Origin: Camelus ferus
Taxonomy: Eukaryota
Assembly (NCBI RefSeq): GCF_009834535.1
Contig: NC_045696.1
Coordinates: forward strand, 56,484,001-56,544,000
Direction of reading: 5' to 3'
Length of the DNA: 60,000 bases
The notes below the pieces were generated by a model. It saw nothing but the letters and a program-made list of their open reading frames with translations, made no database searches and was not told the DNA's origin. Below, piece by piece: positions 24,388 through 37,306 of this stretch; position 1 is the stretch's first letter, and each line of letters opens with the position of its first letter. A program made the position numbers and the translations under genes.

Positions 24388-25627
24388 TCAGAAACACAGA
24401 ATTTATAATTTATCAAATCAAAAGTTTAATGCATTCCTACCTGCTCACTGAGGAAGCTGAGGCCCAGAAATAGGAAGAGACAGGGCCAAAGTCAACTCTC
24501 CTGGTTAGTGGAAAATCGCTGAGCATACTGATAGGCTGGGATATCTAAGTCTTGCTTAGCTGCACTTGCTTCCATCCTTTGGAATACTGATTTGCATGAA
24601 TCTATCAGAATAAATGAAAGCAAATTAGCTTTTTGGATCTTAAAAGCTTTGTATGGAGACACTTCTTCTCCTGGCTTCTGTCTGAGGCACTCCCTGCTCC
24701 TCTGGCAGACTGCTGACCCACTAGAAGCCAGGGCGCAAACTCTGGGCTGCATCTAGTATGTGACAGGGTAGAAGGAGTCTGGGTTTTAGCAGTCAGTCCC
24801 TGCACCAGGAAGAACCCCAAACTCTTCCACCTCTGAAATGGTAGGACAAATGAAAAATAATTACAAAAGCTTAATTTCTAGTCAAGAAAATAAAATATTA
24901 AAAAACAACAACAATAATATAATGATAATAATTGAAGAATGAAATCAACTTGCCAAAAAAAGTTTACAGAAAAATAGCACCTTTGGTAAAAAGTATTTTA
25001 AAAATTTGGTTAGGTCTCTAAGGGGCTCAAAGTCTGCAAGTATCTGCATCATTTGGGTGTATCCTTCCATAAAGTTCATCAAGTCTGAGGGACACTGGGT
25101 AACTAGCAGGATGGCCGTGTATCTAGAGCCAGTGGTGGGAGCCATGAGGAGAAGCACAGATGCTGGAGGTCTGATACACTGATGGCAGCAGGAAGGGCTG
25201 GAAGCAGAATGCAGTCTTTTCCACTGAGCTTCCCAAAACCCTCCTGTGAGGATAGCCTGCTGAGGTCTCTCTCACTGCCTGCACTCCCTGCAGCATGTTC
25301 ATAGCTGTGGTAGACTCAGAAGTGGTTCAGATCTGGGTCCACTTCTCTCCCAACCCTGATGCAGTTTCCTTACTTGTCTCCAGCCCCTGAGCACCCTTTA
25401 CAGTTTCTCTCAAAGCTCTCCTAGAAATGAAGGCTCTGGCCCTTCCCCTCCTAGCCAGCCACCCCATTTCCTTTATTGCAAAACAAATAGACAAAATAAA
25501 ACTTGTTGCTATACAAGCAAATACTGGTGATTTGGCGATTGTAGCAGACACTTGCGTATACTGGACTCAGCGCTGAAGTGGAAGAGAAGGTGCCAGGCTC
25601 TGCACACCATTCCCAGATGCCTCCTCA

Positions 25628-25672
25628 TTAGATTTCTTTGGTGCTCACTCTCTTGGTCTTTTCAGCTGTTTC
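25628..25672 (-). CDS. FSTL1: FSTL1 exon 11 coding part (ETAEKTKRVSTKEI-stop)
   Basis: TCAAAG|GAAACAGCT...ATC TAA TGA (tandem stops); the nine exons sum to 864 nt = 287 codons + stop. Confidence 0.97.
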   Translation of the reverse strand, partial: ETAEKTKRVSTKEI

Positions 25673-26144
25673 CTTTGAGAAGAAAGAGAAAATAATAAGC
25701 ATTAGGAAATATTTTTAAGAAGTGCTGGCATTTATCTAGTCCTCAGGACTTTATATAGCGTTGACAGATACATGCTTATGCTGAGTTTTAGTTCTGTTTA
25801 CCTGTCTCCTCGGCGGATGATGAATGACTTGAGGGCAAGGCTCAAGTCTTACCCACAACTTAGTTGTACAGGGGACTGCTGTTAAATTAAGAGCTAACTC
25901 TATTTAGATTCCTTTGAAACGATCAGGTCAGACATTATATTCATTTTAAAAATGAAGAAAAAGCTACTAAATGGAAGTGCTACAAAATGTTCTAAGTCCA
26001 AGTCCAGAGAAGCATTGAGAGCAATAGGCTCTGAGCTTGAATCATGGCCAAGCTACTTTCTGGGGGATTTTGGCCATATTATGAAGTCTTCTGGGCCTCA
26101 ACTACAAAATGAGGGTAGTAAAGTACTACCTCATAACTGTGGCA

Positions 26145-26970
26145 CACTTCTCCAAAGAAGACATTCTTACTTACAGCCAAAAAGCACATGACAAGATGCT
26201 CAACACCATTAGTCATTAGGGAAATGCAAATCAATACTACAATGAGATGCCGCTTCACTCCCATTAGGATGGCTAAAAAAAGAAAATCATGACAATGACA
26301 AATGTTGGTGAGTTTGTGGAGAAACTAGAATACTGCTGGTGAGGATGTAAAATGGTACAGCCACTTTGGAAAACAATCTGGCAGCTCCTCAAAAGATTAA
26401 ACAGAGTTACCATATGATCCAGCAATTCCACTCCAGGGTATATACCTAAGAGAACTGAAAACATGTCCACCCAGAAATGCATAGAAGAATGTTCACAGCA
26501 GTGTTATTCATCACAGCCAAAAGGTGGAAACAACCTAAATACAAATCAATTGATGAATGGATATACAAAATGTGGTGTATCCACACCAGGAAGTGTTATT
26601 TAGCCACACAAAGGAATGAAGCACTGATTCACGCTGCAAGGATAAACCTTGAAAACATTATGATAAATGAAAGAAGTCAGACAGAAAATGCCATATATTG
26701 TATGATTCCATTTATATGTGTCCAGAATAGGCAAATCTATAGAATTAGAAAGTAGACTAGTGGTTGCCAGGGACTTGGGGAGGAGAGAATGTAAGTGACT
26801 TCCAGTGGGTATTGGTTGTCTTTCCGGGATGATGAAAATGCTCTGGAATTAGACAGTGTGGATGGTTGACAATCTTGTGAATATATTAAAACCTATTGGA
26901 TTGTTTACTTTAAAAGCGTGAGTTTTATAGTACGTGAATTATATTTCAATAAAAAAATTAAATAGGGAAT
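26145..26970 (+). mobile_element. L1M 3' end (ORF2 C-terminus + 3'UTR + A tail) in FSTL1 intron 10
   Basis: MFTAVLFITAKRWKQPK peptide; CAATAAAAAAA terminus. Confidence 0.9.
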
Positions 26971-26999
26971 AAAAAAACAACAGCAGTGCCCGACATCTA

Positions 27000-27452
27000 G
27001 CAGACACTGTCGGTGCCCGTCCATAGCCCCTTGTCTTTAACGTTTCAGTACACGGGCATGGCTTCTTACTGCCGGCACCTGCGTCTCTTTGCCTGAGGCT
27101 TTCTCTGGCTGGCAGAGCCTGCTCTGCCCACACATGCTGGCAGGCCAGAAATGCCAGGGAATTCATGTTTGCTGGTGGTAGCTCCCAGCCAATGGCTGAT
27201 GGAAGATTGCGTAGGCACAGCCCAGCTCCTGCCCCCTTGGGAGGATTACTGTTCCCAGAGATCTGCAACAGGACTAAGCTGCACTTGCCCCAGTGGTAAG
27301 TGCCTGGATACACACTCTTTATTGCTTCCTTCCCTTGCTGGGCTCACTTCCCAACTCCCCTTCTGGAGTTTCCTGGGACTGCTTCCCAAATAAACTATTT
27401 GTACTTGAGTCCTTGCCTTAGAGTCTGCTTCCGAGGAAACTCACACAAAACA
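27000..27452 (+). mobile_element. ERVL solo LTR, LTR16-like
   Basis: 3' end AATAAACTATTTGTACTTGAGTCCTTGCCTTAGAGTCTGCTTCCGAGGAAACTCACACAAAACA. Confidence 0.7.
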
Positions 27453-27780
27453 GGGACGCTAAAAAAATGTTAGCTATTATAATTCACTCCCCACTGTCTA
27501 CTCTGATCACTTCTCCACCCTAGATGAAAGGAATTCTTACTAAGTTCTTTTTGCTTTTATGGGTTTGTACTTATCTGGAGACTCAAGGCTACCGAAATAC
27601 GGAAAAAAGCTAGGAGCTTCTGCTTTTGTTTAAAAAACTGACATGAGGTTTCTACACTATCAGTGACAAAAATGACAAAACGCATGTGAAAACTATCAAT
27701 AAATATGAGCAATTATTATTAGTATTAATAATTCTTGATTTTCAAGTCAAATATTTCATCTTAATTGTTCTTCTCTGAAG

Positions 27781-27856
27781 TTTTTCTTTTTTTTTTTTGA
27801 GAAGGGGACGGAGGTAGTTAAGTTTACTCATTTATTTACTTTTTTTAGAGGAGGTA
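27781..27856 (-). mobile_element. 5'-truncated Vic-1-type SINE tail
   Basis: Poly-T + GGAGGTAGTTAAGTTTACTCATTTATTT...GAGGAGGTA resembles the tail of the SINE at 1682-2000. Confidence 0.6.
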
Positions 27857-28540
27857 AAAACACAGGCCTAGCAGTGCAGCATATCCATGTTTTCTCTCTA
27901 GACTCTCAGCAAAATATATCAGTGGATCACTATTCTGCTAAGAACATTTTTCCCAAGAAGGCCTTCCACTTAATGACATAGAACCTGAATAGAATTCTTA
28001 TCTTCTCAAGTCTCTAGGAAGCAGAACCTCTAGGATCCCAGGCTCTTTAACTTAAATTCTTCCTGCTGTGGTCCAAATCCACTAACTTCATGCTCATTGA
28101 GAACCAGTTATACACCAGGCCCTGTGCTAAATGCAAGACAGCAGTGGTGAGCAGGTTACAGAGCCTGCCCTCAAGAAGCTCATAGTCTTTGGGTCTGGGC
28201 GCTGGTCATGACATGACACAGGAACACTTCTTTAGACCATGCTCCTTTGCAAACTACTTCCAACTCATTTGTAAATCACCGCCTCGCTAATTCTAACTCA
28301 TAAGGCAATTTACCAAGCTGTAACCTACGCTGGCTGGGACCTGCTGGCCCCACAATGATTCCATCAGGGAGCTGTCTGTATCATGGTTTGCATGATACAG
28401 CTATACAGGTATAACATTCAGAACCTAATGTATGGAACAGAGCAAAGATCTCCTTGGTCTCCTGGGGCATTAGGCAGTGTCTGAGTGGTGGGAGGGCCTG
28501 GTGGTGGGAGACCTGAACCAGCATGGAGGCTGCAACTCAC

Positions 28541-28617
28541 CTGGTGCTTTTGTTGCTCCTGGATATATCTGGTCATTTCTTCCTCTGTCTGGGTCTGAGC
28601 CCCCTTCTGATTCTTTC
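28541..28617 (-). CDS. FSTL1: FSTL1 exon 10 ([26 protein letters not shown])
   Basis: 77 bp; TTGCAG|GAA ... CAG|GTGAGT; in ORF 28418..28633. Confidence 0.97.
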
Positions 28618-28797
28618 CTGCAAGAAGAACCAAGGCTCAGAGCAGTGGTGGCTGAGGAAAGCCAGCCAGGGATCCCACCAATGTCTACCTTTTAGGCTCT
28701 CAATTTCATCTCCTGTTTAACTTACATAAGGATAGGTGAATTACCCACATTTCTCTCAATATATCCCAGTGCAATGGACACCTCCAAAGTAACGTGC

Positions 28798-28922
28798 TTG
28801 GGTAGTAAGTGATTGGGCCAGGGCTCAAATCCAGGCCAAGGGGAGAGGAAGGGAGCTGAGGTTCTAGAAAACTCTTCTGAAAGAGCTCTTCGTAAAAGGG
28901 TGGAGGTGGTGATGCTGGCTTG
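28798..28922 (-). repeat. Inverted duplication arm B (FSTL1 intron 9)
   Basis: Reverse complement aligns without gaps to 30526-30650, ~19 mismatches in 125 nt by manual count. Confidence 0.92.
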
Positions 28923-29545
28923 TGCACTGCCCTCAACAAACTCCAACAACTCTCCCTGACATCTCTGTCTCCCAATCCACCCTGTCTATCTCAACTTTCT
29001 CTCTCTCTCTTTTTTAAAAGAATTAGCCAATATTGTTAATTCAAAGAGGGTCTATGAACATTTCTTCTTTTACTGCTGGGCATGGATGGCAAGGAAGGGT
29101 CATTTTGTCTTCCAAACACCTGAGTCTTTGACATACAGGATTTCCCAAGCTGTCATAAGGATTAAGTGGGTTAATATGTAAAGTGCTTAAAAGAGTGCCT
29201 GGTACACAGCTCTCACAAAATGAGTGTTCACTTACACTATCATTACTACTATTCTAACCCCGTATCAACATTGATCTTGCCCTGGGTCTTGAACCTCTCT
29301 TGCTCCCAAGCCTCTGGAGTGGTTTTTGAAAGTAATGCATCTGGCCTAAGTGTTTTGCCCTCACTGCCCCTCTCCGGGAGCTCTGACACCTCAAGTCTGA
29401 GTCTGTCTCTTGCTCCTTCCTCAGTTTCCTTGCTCCCAGCCACTGTACTAGTCTCCACCATCCCCTCCCTGACTCCTCTCCTGGTGATTATCCAAAGGAA
29501 GCTCTCTCCCTGCTGTTCCTTCTTCCTGTGCCAGGCACAGCTCAC

Positions 29546-29656
29546 CATCACAGGTCATGGCTGTGCAGACCCAGTTCCCGCAGGCACACACGCAACGGTT
29601 ACAGTCCACTTCGGTCTCAGCTCCATCGGCATATGTTTCGTCCTCCAGGGCACACT
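29546..29656 (-). CDS. FSTL1: FSTL1 exon 9 (VWC domain [36 protein letters not shown])
   Basis: 111 bp; CCACAG|AGT ... GATG|GTGAGC; in ORF 29448..29804. Confidence 0.98.
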
Positions 29657-29979
29657 CTGTGGGACCAGAATTAGGGGAACAGTTTAGAGTGAGGGCAGAA
29701 TAAGACGCCTTGGCTATTATTGTCTGTGCACCTTTCCCCTTTCTGACATGAACTGCCTGTCCCTCAGAGGCACCATATCTGAGCAAATGCCACCACCAAC
29801 CCAAAGATTTTTGGACCCGAACCTCAGCATGGAGATGATAGGCTGGGGCTCAGTCTAGAATCATGGAAGGGAATTTTCTTAGTAAGCTCTGGAGAGTTCT
29901 ACCAATCCCCTCTATCTTGGCCCCCTCAAAATGCCCCCCCTCCACTCCCTACAATCCCAATTTCTTAGGGTAGGCATAC

Positions 29980-30092
29980 TCTTCTCTGGAGGGTTGAAGG
30001 AGGGGTTGAGGCACTTGAGGAATTCTTGGAAGCTGAGTTTCCAGTCAGCATTCTCATCAGACAGTTCAATGAGAGCATCAACACAGAGTCCT
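29980..30092 (-). CDS. FSTL1: FSTL1 exon 8 ([37 protein letters not shown])
   Basis: 113 bp; TTTCAG|AGG ... GAAGA|GTATGC; in ORF 29912..30106. Confidence 0.98.
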
Positions 30093-30525
30093 CTGAAACA
30101 AAACACCGGAGAAGCGCGTCAGCAAGACCTCAGCTTCACTCCCAAAGAAAGGAATTAAGCATCAGGACTACATACACCTGGGCCTCCATAGGTGGCCAAG
30201 AAGGGGACTATTTAAAAAGAAAGCTTCTACACTGATCTCCCATAACCATTATGCAACGTGACTCCTATAAGCATGAAACCTTCAGTTTGTTTTACTGAAT
30301 GCTGGGTCACTCAAGCTGTTCAAATGCTCTTCCCAAGATGATTAAAGTTTCCTGAATGGTTCTGTCCACTTGGATTGACAAATATTTTACTACCTGCACA
30401 CCTTCCACTAGCAATTGCCTTTCCCCATGGTGTAAGTGTCATGTCAACCCAATTAGGAAGGTCAAACAGAAGTGGCAGCAGCAGATGATATGAAAAGAAT
30501 GTGTGATTTTAAAGAATATGGAGTT

Positions 30526-30650
30526 CAAGCCACCATCACCACTATCACCCTTCTACAAAGAGCTCTTTCAGAAAAGTTTTCCAGAACCCCAGCCCCCTCC
30601 TTCTCCCCCGGGCCTGGGTTTGAGCCCTGGCTCAGCCACTTGCTACCCAA
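30526..30650 (+). repeat. Inverted duplication arm A (FSTL1 intron 7)
   Basis: See arm B; also visible as near-identical peptides in ORFs 28722..28949(-) and 30472..30654(+). Confidence 0.92.
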
Positions 30651-31461
30651 ATAGCCTTGAGCTAGTTACTCAATCTGCCTGCACCTGTTCCCTCATCTGT
30701 GAAATGGGGACAGGGAGCCCTCCTTCAATGGGATGCTATAAGGATCAAATGTTGAACTTGTAAAATATTATTTAATTTCTGGTCATCAAAATAAGAAGGA
30801 TTTGCAGATATGCTTTAAGGCCATGGGCTATTATTAAGGAAGAATCCTTCTAGAATCTGGGCTTCACAATTTGCACTTCTTTTGAACAAAAGGGGGTTAA
30901 GAACCTCAAAAGGTTCTTTTCCTGTTTTTAATTCTTACCAATATACTGGGACCATACCAGAAGCTTCTCAAGGGTTAATTTTTATTAAAATTTACTCTGG
31001 AAAAATACCAGAAAAGGAGACGAATGTGCTCACATTCGTAACAATTAGGGTTCTCTACATGAAATAGCATTGATTATCTTAAAAATCAGAACTAAAGCTA
31101 TTTTAGACCTACAGTTAAGTAGAACACTAAAGAAATTCCTTCAGAAAATTAACCATTAAACATGACCCATAACACTCAGTAACAACTTTGCTCTGATTTG
31201 ATGATTTATTTTAAAATTACATTCTTCTATTCATTTCAAGTTCTGGCCAAAACCAGTAACTACTTGATCAGATATCAGTGGTGCTCAATATATTAGTTCA
31301 TAATGTTCACAGAAGAGACCAGGACAGAATTCCTATTTTGCTTTTTACTTCCCATTGATACTGACCCTGGTGGCTCCTTTGCAGGTAGGAAAGGGTTCAA
31401 ATCCCCTCTCTTATCCATCCTCCTCTCATGGACCACTCCCTGACCCCCTCACTCCACTCAC

Positions 31462-31580
31462 CTAAGCAGCTTGTTGTTCTCCTGGTCTGCATAGGTGGTA
31501 ATGTTGATGGCGGTTTCATTCTGCTCCACAAATTTCAGAAATTCGCTGGAGTCCAAACGAGAGTCACCATTATCAAAGTT
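31462..31580 (-). CDS. FSTL1: FSTL1 exon 7 (EF-hand region [40 protein letters not shown])
   Basis: 119 bp; TTCTAG|AAC ... CTTAG|GTGAGT. Confidence 0.97.
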
Positions 31581-34500
31581 CTAGAAGGGGGAGGAAGAGA
31601 TCTTTCAGGAATGTTTCATAGAACCCCAGTTCCATCATTCTCCTATTCAGCTTGACCCCCTCTGGTTCATCTTGTTCTAGACACATTCCTATCCAGCCCT
31701 GCACTGGCCTCAGAGTTACAGCAACAAAGGCTTGAAGCTCTGGGGCACCCAGAGAAGGCACCTGCACGCCAAGATGAGAGAATGAAAGTACCTGGGCAGA
31801 GGCCACTGAAGGCCTTTCAATCCCAGCCCCTGCTCAGGAGGGCAGCCTGAACCTAGGCCTGTGCTGTCCAAGAAGCCTGGGGGCACTGAGAGCTCTCCCT
31901 GACACTGTTCTCCAGATATTCTCAAATTTACTCTGCCACACCACGTTTTCAAACCTTAATGATCATGGAACAACAAAGTTGTGAGTCAGACTCTCTGTAA
32001 CAGAGCTCAGGGTGTGTATTTCTAACAAGCTGCTTGGGAACAATGACACAGGTGCCCCTCTGAGCTCACTTGGGGAATCAAAAGACCATTTCTTGCTGCT
32101 TGATTTCCAGCCTCCCTGGCCCATTCTCAGTGCTCACCTCTCACACTGGTACTCCTAGTAGACCTCATCAGTGAGAAATCAAAGGCAAAGACCCCTGCAG
32201 GTTATCTGCATCGATAACCTGCCCTCAGAGGTGGTGCAAAGTTCCCCACCCCTGCTCCCTGACTGGTGGGCCCCACTGTAGAGGGTGCTGGCTGTCCTTA
32301 TGATCCAGATCACATCCCATGAGCACAAGGCAAGGGTATAGTGCACTCAGCATTGTCCCCTCTTGGCAAGATGCTACACCGACACTGTAGCCATCTGGGA
32401 CCGTTCAGGATGCTCAAGCCCTCAGTCCAGGCAGAGGGTGGCAATTTCAAGGCACTGATCAAATTCCAAGTTGGGTACTGTTGCTCTACTAAATATTTCC
32501 AATGGAAATTTTTTTTTCAAACTTCTTGTGTAGTCTGCCTCCTACTGCTGTCCTGGGACATCATTAGCACCCTCAAGTTACTTTCAAGGTGGCTCCCAGA
32601 TGGTGTAAGGGATTCTGGAGGAAAAGTCTGTCCAGGTTTCCAGGTAGAAGGGAAAGATACAGCTACTGACTCTCCTTCTGTGTGTCACGTGTATTGCATC
32701 CTAAGGTTGTAAATCTTTCCATGGTATGTATGACAAGCAGGCATGAAACAACTGCATAGGCCCTGGCTTCATATCTATTTATCACTCTTGTCCTAATTCT
32801 TAAGGAAAGGTCTCAGAGGTTCTCTAGTCCTTCTGCTTTCACCCTGGCTCCAGTTTCAGCCCTGGTCACCAGGACTTCAGGGTGTGCATGCAACATGGCC
32901 ATTAAAGGCTCGCTATCTGGGTCTTCCCCTCTTCATCCTGTTACGCCTTCATCTAAGAAACTGTGACTGAATCACCAGTTGAGATGACAGTCTGATTTTG
33001 GTCTTATCCAAATTCTGATTCGATTTATTTTTCAACTAATTCTGATGCAAGGAATGCCAGCTGGGCTGGAGGGCAAGTCACTGGTTCAGAAACCAGTCTC
33101 TGTGAGATACAGATCTCTCAGCAACAGGCAGCTGTTTGCCTAGTGGGGAGAAGCCTCCCTTTGAAGATTGCACCACTTGGTTCTTTGATAATCATCAAAA
33201 AAGTAGATAGTGAAAACCCTATTTTCTCGGAGGACACGGAGAGAGTGAGCATTGAGTTCGTGGGTCACGAGCAAGCTTTCTTGGTTGGGATGAGAATGCC
33301 CTAGAGAAAAGCTACTTTCTCAAAGGGCCCTGCGGTTTTCAGATGGGAGCCTGTTAGAGATGGTCACTGACAGAGGAGGTGGAGATCTGTGGAGGGAGGT
33401 GTGGGGCCCTGGTCCTTGGGAATCAAATTAATAGCAGCTGCCAAAGATGCCCAAGGCAGGTACCATCAAGGGGCCACTACAAATGGTTACAAGGTCCCGA
33501 GAGGCCTCCTGGAAAGAGTGTCCGTGACCCCATGGCTCCTGTGCCGTAATGACCGTGACAGTCACTGCTCACGACAGACCCTGCAGGTGCTGCTCACCTG
33601 GCTTCTGAAAAGTCATTTTCTTTATGTTACTTTCTGCTCCTATCTGACTCTCCTGGCTCAGCAATAATGTGTTTTCTGTAGACAAAGAAACAACTCCTGC
33701 CCCCAGGGCTCCCTAATGTGGGAGCCGCTGAGACAGGGGACGGAGTGAGAGGGCCGTGCTTTCTCTTCTCAAACACTTGGAATCCAGAGATTTACTTTCT
33801 GCCACAGAGAGAAATGTTTGCCTAAAGATAATAACACAAATAAAGTCCTAAATGACCAAATATCCTATTTCAATCCAACCCAGTATTTCTCTATCTGTAG
33901 GGTCCGTAACGTCAGATAGGAAGGAATCCACAGACTAGGCTGGTGTTGACCACATTTGGTGGCCACAGAGCTGCCAAGAATCCCCTCATGTGTGGGGGTT
34001 GCTCCTGAGTCTGGGCTGGGTAGGCTCTGGGACACGCCCTGGAGGTATGTGAGGGCATGTACGTCTAGGGATGAGCCCGGAGGGCGTCTTCCCAGAGACG
34101 TGTGTGTCTGTGGGTGATGGGGGCTTTGTGTTTATGTGGGAATGTGGGTATCTGAGTGTGTGTGTCTGTGTAGAGGATGTGTCTCTGTGTGGTGTGCGCA
34201 TCTTTGTATGTGATATGAGTGCGTGTCCATGTTTCCGTGTGTGGTATGTTTATTTCTGAGTGTGATGTACATGTGTGCACCTGTGTTCTTGCCAATCACC
34301 TGGAAGAGGGCCCTTAGTTGCTTTTTCCAGCAACTGTCTCAAGCTCTCTGACAGAACTCCATGTCATGGTAGTCCTACTCATTGTGAAATACAATTTCCT
34401 CCCTCCTTTTCCTTTTTGAAAGCAGCATTTCTCCTGCCCACAGTTGGAACGATCTGTCTCTTCAACTAAACATGATGGGAACAGCAATATCATGGTTCAT

Positions 34501-34963
34501 GTAGAACCCTGCACCCATGAAGTATCAGTCCATTGACTCTCCTCAGATGAAGAGGAACTCTGCAGGACATGGATGGTCAAGTTAATGACTTAGAGAAGAG
34601 TCAAACTGGATGAGGCAGAAGGTGGTGTGTACCAGCAGCCAGCTCTACAAGCTCTGTCATCCTGGGGAGGGGATAGAGCCTCGCCGTATTTTTCATATAC
34701 AGGCTTTCTAAGACCTCTGTGGTTTTAACTGCCCAAAGGGAGCAGCCCATGTGTGTCAGAGCCCAAGGCCTGACTCCTGGACTCCCACTGATCAAGCTGG
34801 TCAGGAGGCAGCTGTCACAGTTTCATGGAATAATCTGTGAGCAAACACTCAGGAACTCTATGCAGGTTTCTGTTTCCTCATGGTCTGGGAAGATGTGATC
34901 AGGCAATGGGAAAGGAAGTCTCTCTGCCCCTGGGGATGAACTTTGACCCCAACTCTGGATTAC

Positions 34964-35094
34964 CTTAAAGTACTTGTCTAGGATCTCACTGTAGTTGCTG
35001 CCTTTAGAGAACCAGCCATCTGGAATGATCTCCGCTTCCAGCCACTGGATGATGCGACGCCGGAGTTCATCGCGGTTGGACTGATAGCAAACGA
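34964..35094 (-). CDS. FSTL1: FSTL1 exon 6 ([44 protein letters not shown])
   Basis: 131 bp; CTGCAG|TCG ... TTTAAG|GTAATC; manual translation matches FSTL1. Confidence 0.97.
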
Positions 35095-36217
35095 CTGCAG
35101 GAAAAGGGAGGGAGGTCAGCTGAGTAGAGAGGACCCCACTGTCACCCAGGACCCCTACGTGGGAGGCTCAGTGCCTGGAATCTGCATGTGTCATCTCATT
35201 GAACTTTCACAGTAATCCAGGAAACATAGATTACAGAGTCAACCCAGGGTACACACTGGAAAGTATACAGTCCAGGATTCAAGCTCTTGTCTCTAAAAAA
35301 TTCATAAAGATTGAGAATATTGAAAGAGAGACATTATGTTGCTTTGGTGAAAAAAAAAGTAGAGCAGAGAAGTAAAGGACATTTTCATTAACGTTAGGAA
35401 GCTGAGGGGTAAAAAATATCAGTCAATCAATAGAATAGCTCTTGGCTCAAAGATGAGCTGAAATAATAAATGAATAAATGAGAACATTACAATTCCTTAT
35501 GCCACTGGATTGCTGATTCTTCCTGTATGGCTTTTCCCTCTCACCAACAGGGTCTATCAAAACTTTCTCCCACTTAAAACTTTATACCAACTGCACTGTC
35601 CTTTATTATAAACAACAGAAAATGAGGCCAAGGAAAGGCATGTTGAAGCCCTGTTCTGGACAGCTGTTGTGAACCACGTGGTAACAACAGGTGGGGCTGA
35701 GAAGCCAGTGGATGGGGAAGCAGAGAAGGGAAAGCCTGGGCAAAAGGGAATTTCTGGAAGACAACACATATTGGGATGTGAAAAGGGCACTAAGCCAAGG
35801 GGAATGAAACTGTGGGTGCTTTCCCCCACTCTGCCACTTCCTAGCTGTGTGACTCAGAGAAATTCACTTAACCTTTCTGAGCTTCAATTTCCTCATCTAA
35901 AGGTAATTATAGTAAGATCTACTTCACAAGGTTATTGTGAGGATCTAAGGAAAAGTGTATACTAAAGGGGTCTGTAACTATAAATCATGATGAAATTTTT
36001 AAGTTGTATTCATAGAAAACTATGGAAGAAGTCTTACTAAAATTTCCTATTACCCTCTTTCAAAAACAGTGCCTTCTGATTCTGTGAGTCCAGCAGGTCT
36101 CACAGAGTGCTGAAGGAGGGGCTCAGTGGCTTTCCTGTCCTTGCAGTTAAATCACTACTCAGCAAAAATGGAAAACACAGCCAACATACTGACCCAACCA
36201 GCTGCTTCCAGTGACAA

Positions 36218-36218
<1 letters not shown>

Positions 36219-36246
<28 letters not shown>
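36219..36246 (+). repeat. (CA)n microsatellite
   Basis: Direct reading. Confidence 0.95.
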
Positions 36247-36250
<4 letters not shown>

Positions 36251-36418
36251 CGGTTTTGCAGCTTTTCTGAGCTGTGTTGAGGAGCGACAGTTGTGGGTCA
36301 CAAGTTCTGACACACTGAAAATCTTGTGAGCTTCGGCCAGGATTGTGGAACAAGGAATTTCTGACATGAAAAGAATTTCCTCCCTAAGATGTATACTATA
36401 GAAAAAACAGGCACTCAC

Positions 36419-36451
36419 CTGGGCTGGCAGATGGACTTACAGATTTCTTCT
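36419..36451 (-). CDS. FSTL1: FSTL1 exon 5 (33-bp exon, EKKSVSPSASP)
   Basis: TTGCAG|AGAAGAAATCTGTAAGTCCATCTGCCAGCCCAG|GTGAGT; keeps frame between exons 4 and 6. Confidence 0.96.
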
Positions 36452-37306
36452 CTGCAAGAAAAAGGAGAAAGTGCATAATGCAAAGTGAAGAAAACAAAAT
36501 TTCTGTGTATTGCTAGGATTAAAACTGCCCACGTTAAGGGGGCCACTTACAGCCTTTTCATCATTTTGTCTTGAAACCTTGTATCCTCTCCTTCCTCCAG
36601 GCCCCCAGTATGGGGATCTTTTCTTTCCTGCTTTGTTTGACATTCTGAGGCTACTGAATTGCCCTCCGGATCTCACACTTTCTACTGTTAGCTTGAAGGG
36701 TTGGGGGTGGGGGGTGGCTGCCGGTACTTTGAGAATTTGTCTGGAATCATTATGGAAAAGGAAATGGAGTGGAGACCGATATGAGGGAAACAGTTCTTTT
36801 TTCTCCAGGGAAGTTCAAGGCTGGGCAGGAGGCTGGTGTTTAATTAGCAACAAGCTTGGGACCCCTTTCCTTCTTACCCTAGTAACAACGGTTTCAGTAT
36901 AAATTAGAGGAAATATAGTACTATCAGGGATGAGAGATACCTAAAATTTTAGAAGAACAGGAAACGTGAAATTTATCTGCCTTCTAAAAAGGTAGCGAAT
37001 TCATTTAAATACTCCCATATTATTGATTGTTCATGTGGTCCCTTATCTACTATCTAGCTCCAGACAGTGCTGGGAAGCCACGTTAGGGATCTGATGCAAG
37101 AAATGCAGGGTAGAAACCTGGGCAATCCAGGGCAAACCTAGCAGGCTCTTGAGCACCAAGGGGATGCCTCTCCAAGCAACTGGGTGGTCTCCACAGCTTT
37201 GGGCGCTGTGCTCAGGGTGGAAAGGACTCCAGGAAACCAGGCCACACTGCTCCGTTCCCTGGCTCCCCAGCTGGAGCTGCAGTGTGGTAGTCAGAGCTCT
37301 CCTTAC

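Larger units (their letters stand above)
22950..25627 (-). other. FSTL1: FSTL1 3'UTR (~2.7 kb)
   Basis: Follows the stop codon; largely repeat-free; ends at AATAAA/ATTAAA pair; contains the miR-198-homologous segment known from human FSTL1 3'UTR. Confidence 0.85.

Noticed and set aside
28706..30763. Pairs of similar short ORFs (28722..28949/30472..30654 and 28706..28975/30503..30763) suggesting a small-protein family
   Set aside because: Similarity appears in multiple frames and is explained by the DNA-level inverted duplication; there are no splice or coding signatures.
33986..34295. Thr/His-rich and Val/Cys-rich ORFs
   Set aside because: Translation of a degenerate (TG)n low-complexity tract in intron 6.
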